A DNA stretch of 47,495 nt, from the NCBI RefSeq assembly GCF_001194135.2, contig NC_068984.1, positions 71,301,620 to 71,349,114 of the forward strand, in the 5' to 3' direction. The stretch's first letter is position 1. Every line of letters starts with the position of its first letter. The translations under genes were made by a program, and so were the position numbers. Positions 47,456 to 47,495 of this stretch are shown here, piece by piece. This DNA is from Octopus bimaculoides. Lineage: Eukaryota. The notes beneath the pieces are model-generated. The model was not told the DNA's origin, searched no databases, and saw nothing but the letters and a program-made list of their open reading frames with translations.

Positions 47456-47495
<40 letters not shown>
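47425..47495. repeat. (CA)n/(TA)n at window end
   Basis: Directly visible. Confidence 0.9.

Noticed and set aside
1-47495. CRISPR arrays, rRNA, genuine tRNA genes, prokaryotic operons
   Set aside because: None seen. The tRNA-like sequences are SINE heads lacking a full cloverleaf and continuing into SINE bodies.

Overview
AT-rich, gapped eukaryotic scaffold window: nine N-runs, many microsatellites, and no protein-coding gene that I can identify. The tRNA-derived SINEs and dense (TA)n/(CA)n/(AGAT)n repeats suggest an octopus/cephalopod genome (inference). Most recognisable content is decayed transposons: a hAT transposase relic and a hAT MITE with its TSD, two oppositely oriented Hsmar1-like (cecropia) mariner copies, a fold-back element built from a second mariner family, RTE- and CR1/L2-type LINE fragments, Penelope-like (PLE) remnants and several SINEs. 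The most notable structure is a 340-bp loopless palindrome (3033-3372). Each arm carries a type I hammerhead ribozyme fold on opposite strands: the minus-strand copy has an intact core and a GUU site, while the plus-strand copy has a disrupted GAU triplet. This fits a head-to-head inverted Penelope-like terminal repeat. A few candidate spliced exons are reported only as weak findings. Nearly all ORF-track entries are artefacts of N-runs, microsatellites or TE relics.
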